A stretch of 64,000 bases of DNA from Octopus sinensis (lineage: Eukaryota). Position 1 is the first letter of the stretch; the number at the start of each line of letters is the position of its first letter. The stretch is taken from positions 6,014,001 to 6,078,000 of the forward strand of contig NC_043011.1 in NCBI RefSeq assembly GCF_006345805.1. Reading direction: 5' to 3'. Position numbers and translations under genes: made by a program. The notes under the pieces were generated by a model. It was not told where the DNA came from. It saw nothing but the letters and a program-made list of their open reading frames with translations, and made no database searches. This document shows, piece after piece, positions 60,954-64,000 of this stretch.

Positions 60954-60997
<44 letters not shown>

Positions 60998-61025
60998 CCT
61001 ACTACTACTACTACTACTACTACTT

Positions 61026-61056
<31 letters not shown>

Positions 61057-63011
61057 TAATAATAATAATAATCATCGTTTAACATCTGCTTTCCATGCTA
61101 GCATGGGTTGGACGATTTTGACTGAGGACTGGCGAACCAGATGGCTGCCCCAGGCTCCAATCTGGTCTGGCAGAGTTTCTACAGCTGGATGCCCTTCCTA
61201 ATGCCAACCACTCACAGAGTGTTGTGGGTGTGTGTGTAAAGTGGGGTTGATTCGTAGTTCAAGGTAGTGCTGCCCCAGCATGGGCCACAGCCTAATGATT
61301 GAAACAAGTAAAAGATAAAAAATTAAAAAGAGTCATATTGTGGAGGTATTGCAGGAGTGATGTTGGTGAGTTTTGAGAAGCAGGGAATTCTAGAAGGATC
61401 TGTTGACGGGGAAATGGTAGTCTTTTACAAAGTGATGGAATACTTACATTTATGAATGGGAGTTTTGTCCGCTGAAAAATACAATAAAATGGAATGTTAT
61501 TGTCTTCATCACCACCATCATCATCATTTAACATCTCTTTTAAAAACATGAAGAATGCTTAGAAAGATTACCTTCAGACTGAAGAATGATTGCTAAGATA
61601 AGAAGAAAGGAGATTGGTGATGCCATGTTATTGCTTGTAAAACTAATCTGTATCTAGTGAAGAACACAAATGTATTTTAGACAATAAGTGTGTGTGTGTG
61701 TGTGGTCTTTACACTGATGATGCTTCCCAACCACTTGGTTCTGGGTTCAGTCCCGCTGTGTGGCAACTTAGCAAGTGTTTTCTGCTACAGCCTCAGGCTG
61801 ACCAAAGCCATTTGAGTGGATTTGGTAGACAGAAACTGAAAGAAGTTTGTTATGTGAGTAAAGTGGGAGTGATTCGTAGTTGAAGATGTTGCTGCCCCAG
61901 CATGGGCTGCAGTCTAATGACTGAAACAAGTAAAAGATAAAAAATTTAAAAGTGTCATAACAAGGAAAGGGTGCGGATGTATGCCAGGAGTGGTATTGGT
62001 GAGTTTTGAGAAGCAGGGAATTCTAGAAGGATCTGTTGATGGGGAAATGGTAGTCTTTTAGAAAGCGAGGGAGTACTTACATTTATGAATGGGAGTCTTA
62101 TCCGCTGAAAAATACAAAAAAGTCAAATGAAATGGAATGTCACCATCATCATCATCAACATCATCATCATTGTTTAACATCCCTTTTTGCAGGCTGGCAT
62201 GGATTGAACAGTTTGCTTGGAACTGAGAGATCAGAGGATGGTGCTGAGCTCCGTTGTCTGCTCCGGCCGGGTTTCTACGGCTGGATGCCCTTCCTAATAC
62301 CAACCACTTTACAGCATGATTTCTTTGATGGGGTGGGGCCAAGAGCAGTAGAGTGTTCACCAGTTGCTTGCAAGTCAACTGGGTGGAGGTGGGTGTACTA
62401 CTGAGGGAGGTTGAAAGTGTAACAGAGCGACAGCAGCAGGTGTGTTTGCTGAAGACATGAATATATGTACATCATATTCATTTGCCATCATCATCATTAC
62501 CAGCATCACCATCACAAGAACTATGACAAACATTAACCAAAGAAGAGGAAGGAGAATTAGTTGGGGTCTTTTTTAAAATCTTTTTGGCATTTAAGGAATG
62601 TGTAGATGATGTTTGGGTATCTTTAGATCAGAAAAGTATTAACCCCTGCTGTTAGGGGTATAATCTTAATACTTGGTGTAGAATGCTTCTAAAGATAGCC
62701 ATGGGGCACTATTAAACCCAGAAGATATGATGTGCCAACCATTATTTAATGTTTGTTTTCCATGCTGGCATGAGTTGAATGCTTTGGCAGGAAATAGCAA
62801 CTCAGGGGTGGCTTACAGCTGAAAGTCCTTCCTACTGCCAACTACTTTACAGAGTGTACTGGGTGCTTTTTACATGGCACCAGCTGCAGTTAGGTCCCCA
62901 AGCAACTTGCTGGACAAAACCCCTCAATTGGGAGGGAGAGAAAATGCTGTTAAGTATTTTGCCCGGCATACTGACAATTCTGCAACTCATTAACTTAAAA
63001 ATAATAATCAA

Positions 63012-63113
<102 letters not shown>

Positions 63114-63518
63114 GTTTAGCATCCGCTTTCCATGCTAGCATGGGTTGGACGGTTCAACTGGGATCTGGGAAGCCGGAAGGCTGCACCAGGCCCAGTCTGA
63201 TCTGGCAATGTTTCTTCGGCTTGATGCCCTTCCTAATGCCAACCACTCCGTGAGTGTAGTGGGTACTTTTTACGTGCCACTGGCACAGGTGCCAGACAGG
63301 GCTGGCAAACGGCCACGATTAGATGGTGCTCTTTACGTGCCACCGGCATGGGGGCTAGGCGTGGCTTATAACAGCCACGAACAGATGGTGCTTTTTACGT
63401 GCCACCTGCACGAGGCCAGACTGGGCGGCGCTGGCAATGCCCACGTTCGGATAGTTCTCTTACTTGCCACCGGCACTGGTATCACAGCTGCAATTTCCAT
63501 TGATGTTGATCAATTTCG

Positions 63519-63571
<53 letters not shown>

Positions 63572-63619
63572 CATCATAATACAAATAATAATAATAACAA
63601 TAATAATAATAATAATAAT

Positions 63620-64000
63620 AACCACAGATTTGTTCGTCAGTTGTTTGACCTTAACCAGTTGAGCATTTCCCTTCGTCGCTGACGATATGTGCATCTCTGA
63701 TCACGAGCAGAAGTAGTGGAGGAGCATCATGGCCATGTGTTGAGAGGGATTCTTTGGGGTTTGATTAATTCACCTCTGGAAACATTGGTGTTTCGTTCAA
63801 CATCCTTAAACAATCCTTATTCCGGGACCTTTTTAGTGGGATGGGTTACTCAACCAGAAGAAAATTCTAATCAACTCCCACCTGCAAGGTCATGTGCTGT
63901 TTATCTTGATATGAGATCACCATGTCATGCACATAGGGTTGTGATGCATGTGCCTGGTGTACCTTTATCAGACGGGTAGTCATGATGGGTATGTTGGGGT
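63620..64000 (+). mobile_element. TAA-element, 5'-truncated, runs off the window
   Basis: Same start as the 54511 copy. Confidence 0.85.

Overview
AT-rich, microsatellite-dense animal genomic DNA. The repeat inventory (tRNA-headed SINEs, RTE LINEs with (GAT)n tails, TA-embedded elements) points to a coleoid cephalopod, most likely Octopus (inference, not a database result). There is one intact host gene: a single-exon 758-aa DC-STAMP-family ORF at 47051-49327 (+), DCST2/SPE-42-like, with a C-terminal Cys-rich RING-like domain. The rest is stacked transposon debris: Tc1, mariner, Tigger/pogo, Helitron, a Gypsy-type LTR element, one near full-length and many truncated RTE LINEs, CR1, a Tx1/L1-like 3' end, R4/Dong-like RLE elements stacked in (TAA)n, and three SINE families. 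From 50.2 kb to the end there is a 3.6-5 kb-period tandem mosaic of TE fragments. The main signal not shown by the ORF track is ten hammerhead-ribozyme-like motifs from about seven unrelated short non-coding families. All have the Type I layout with a (near-)palindromic minimal stem III, as in Penelope-like elements and retrozymes. They occur as a tandem dimer (22057-22571), at the tip of a 400-bp rod-like foldback (41726-42127), and in both arms of large palindromes (17556-17935, 37590-38740). All structures were aligned by eye, and ribozyme activity is untested.
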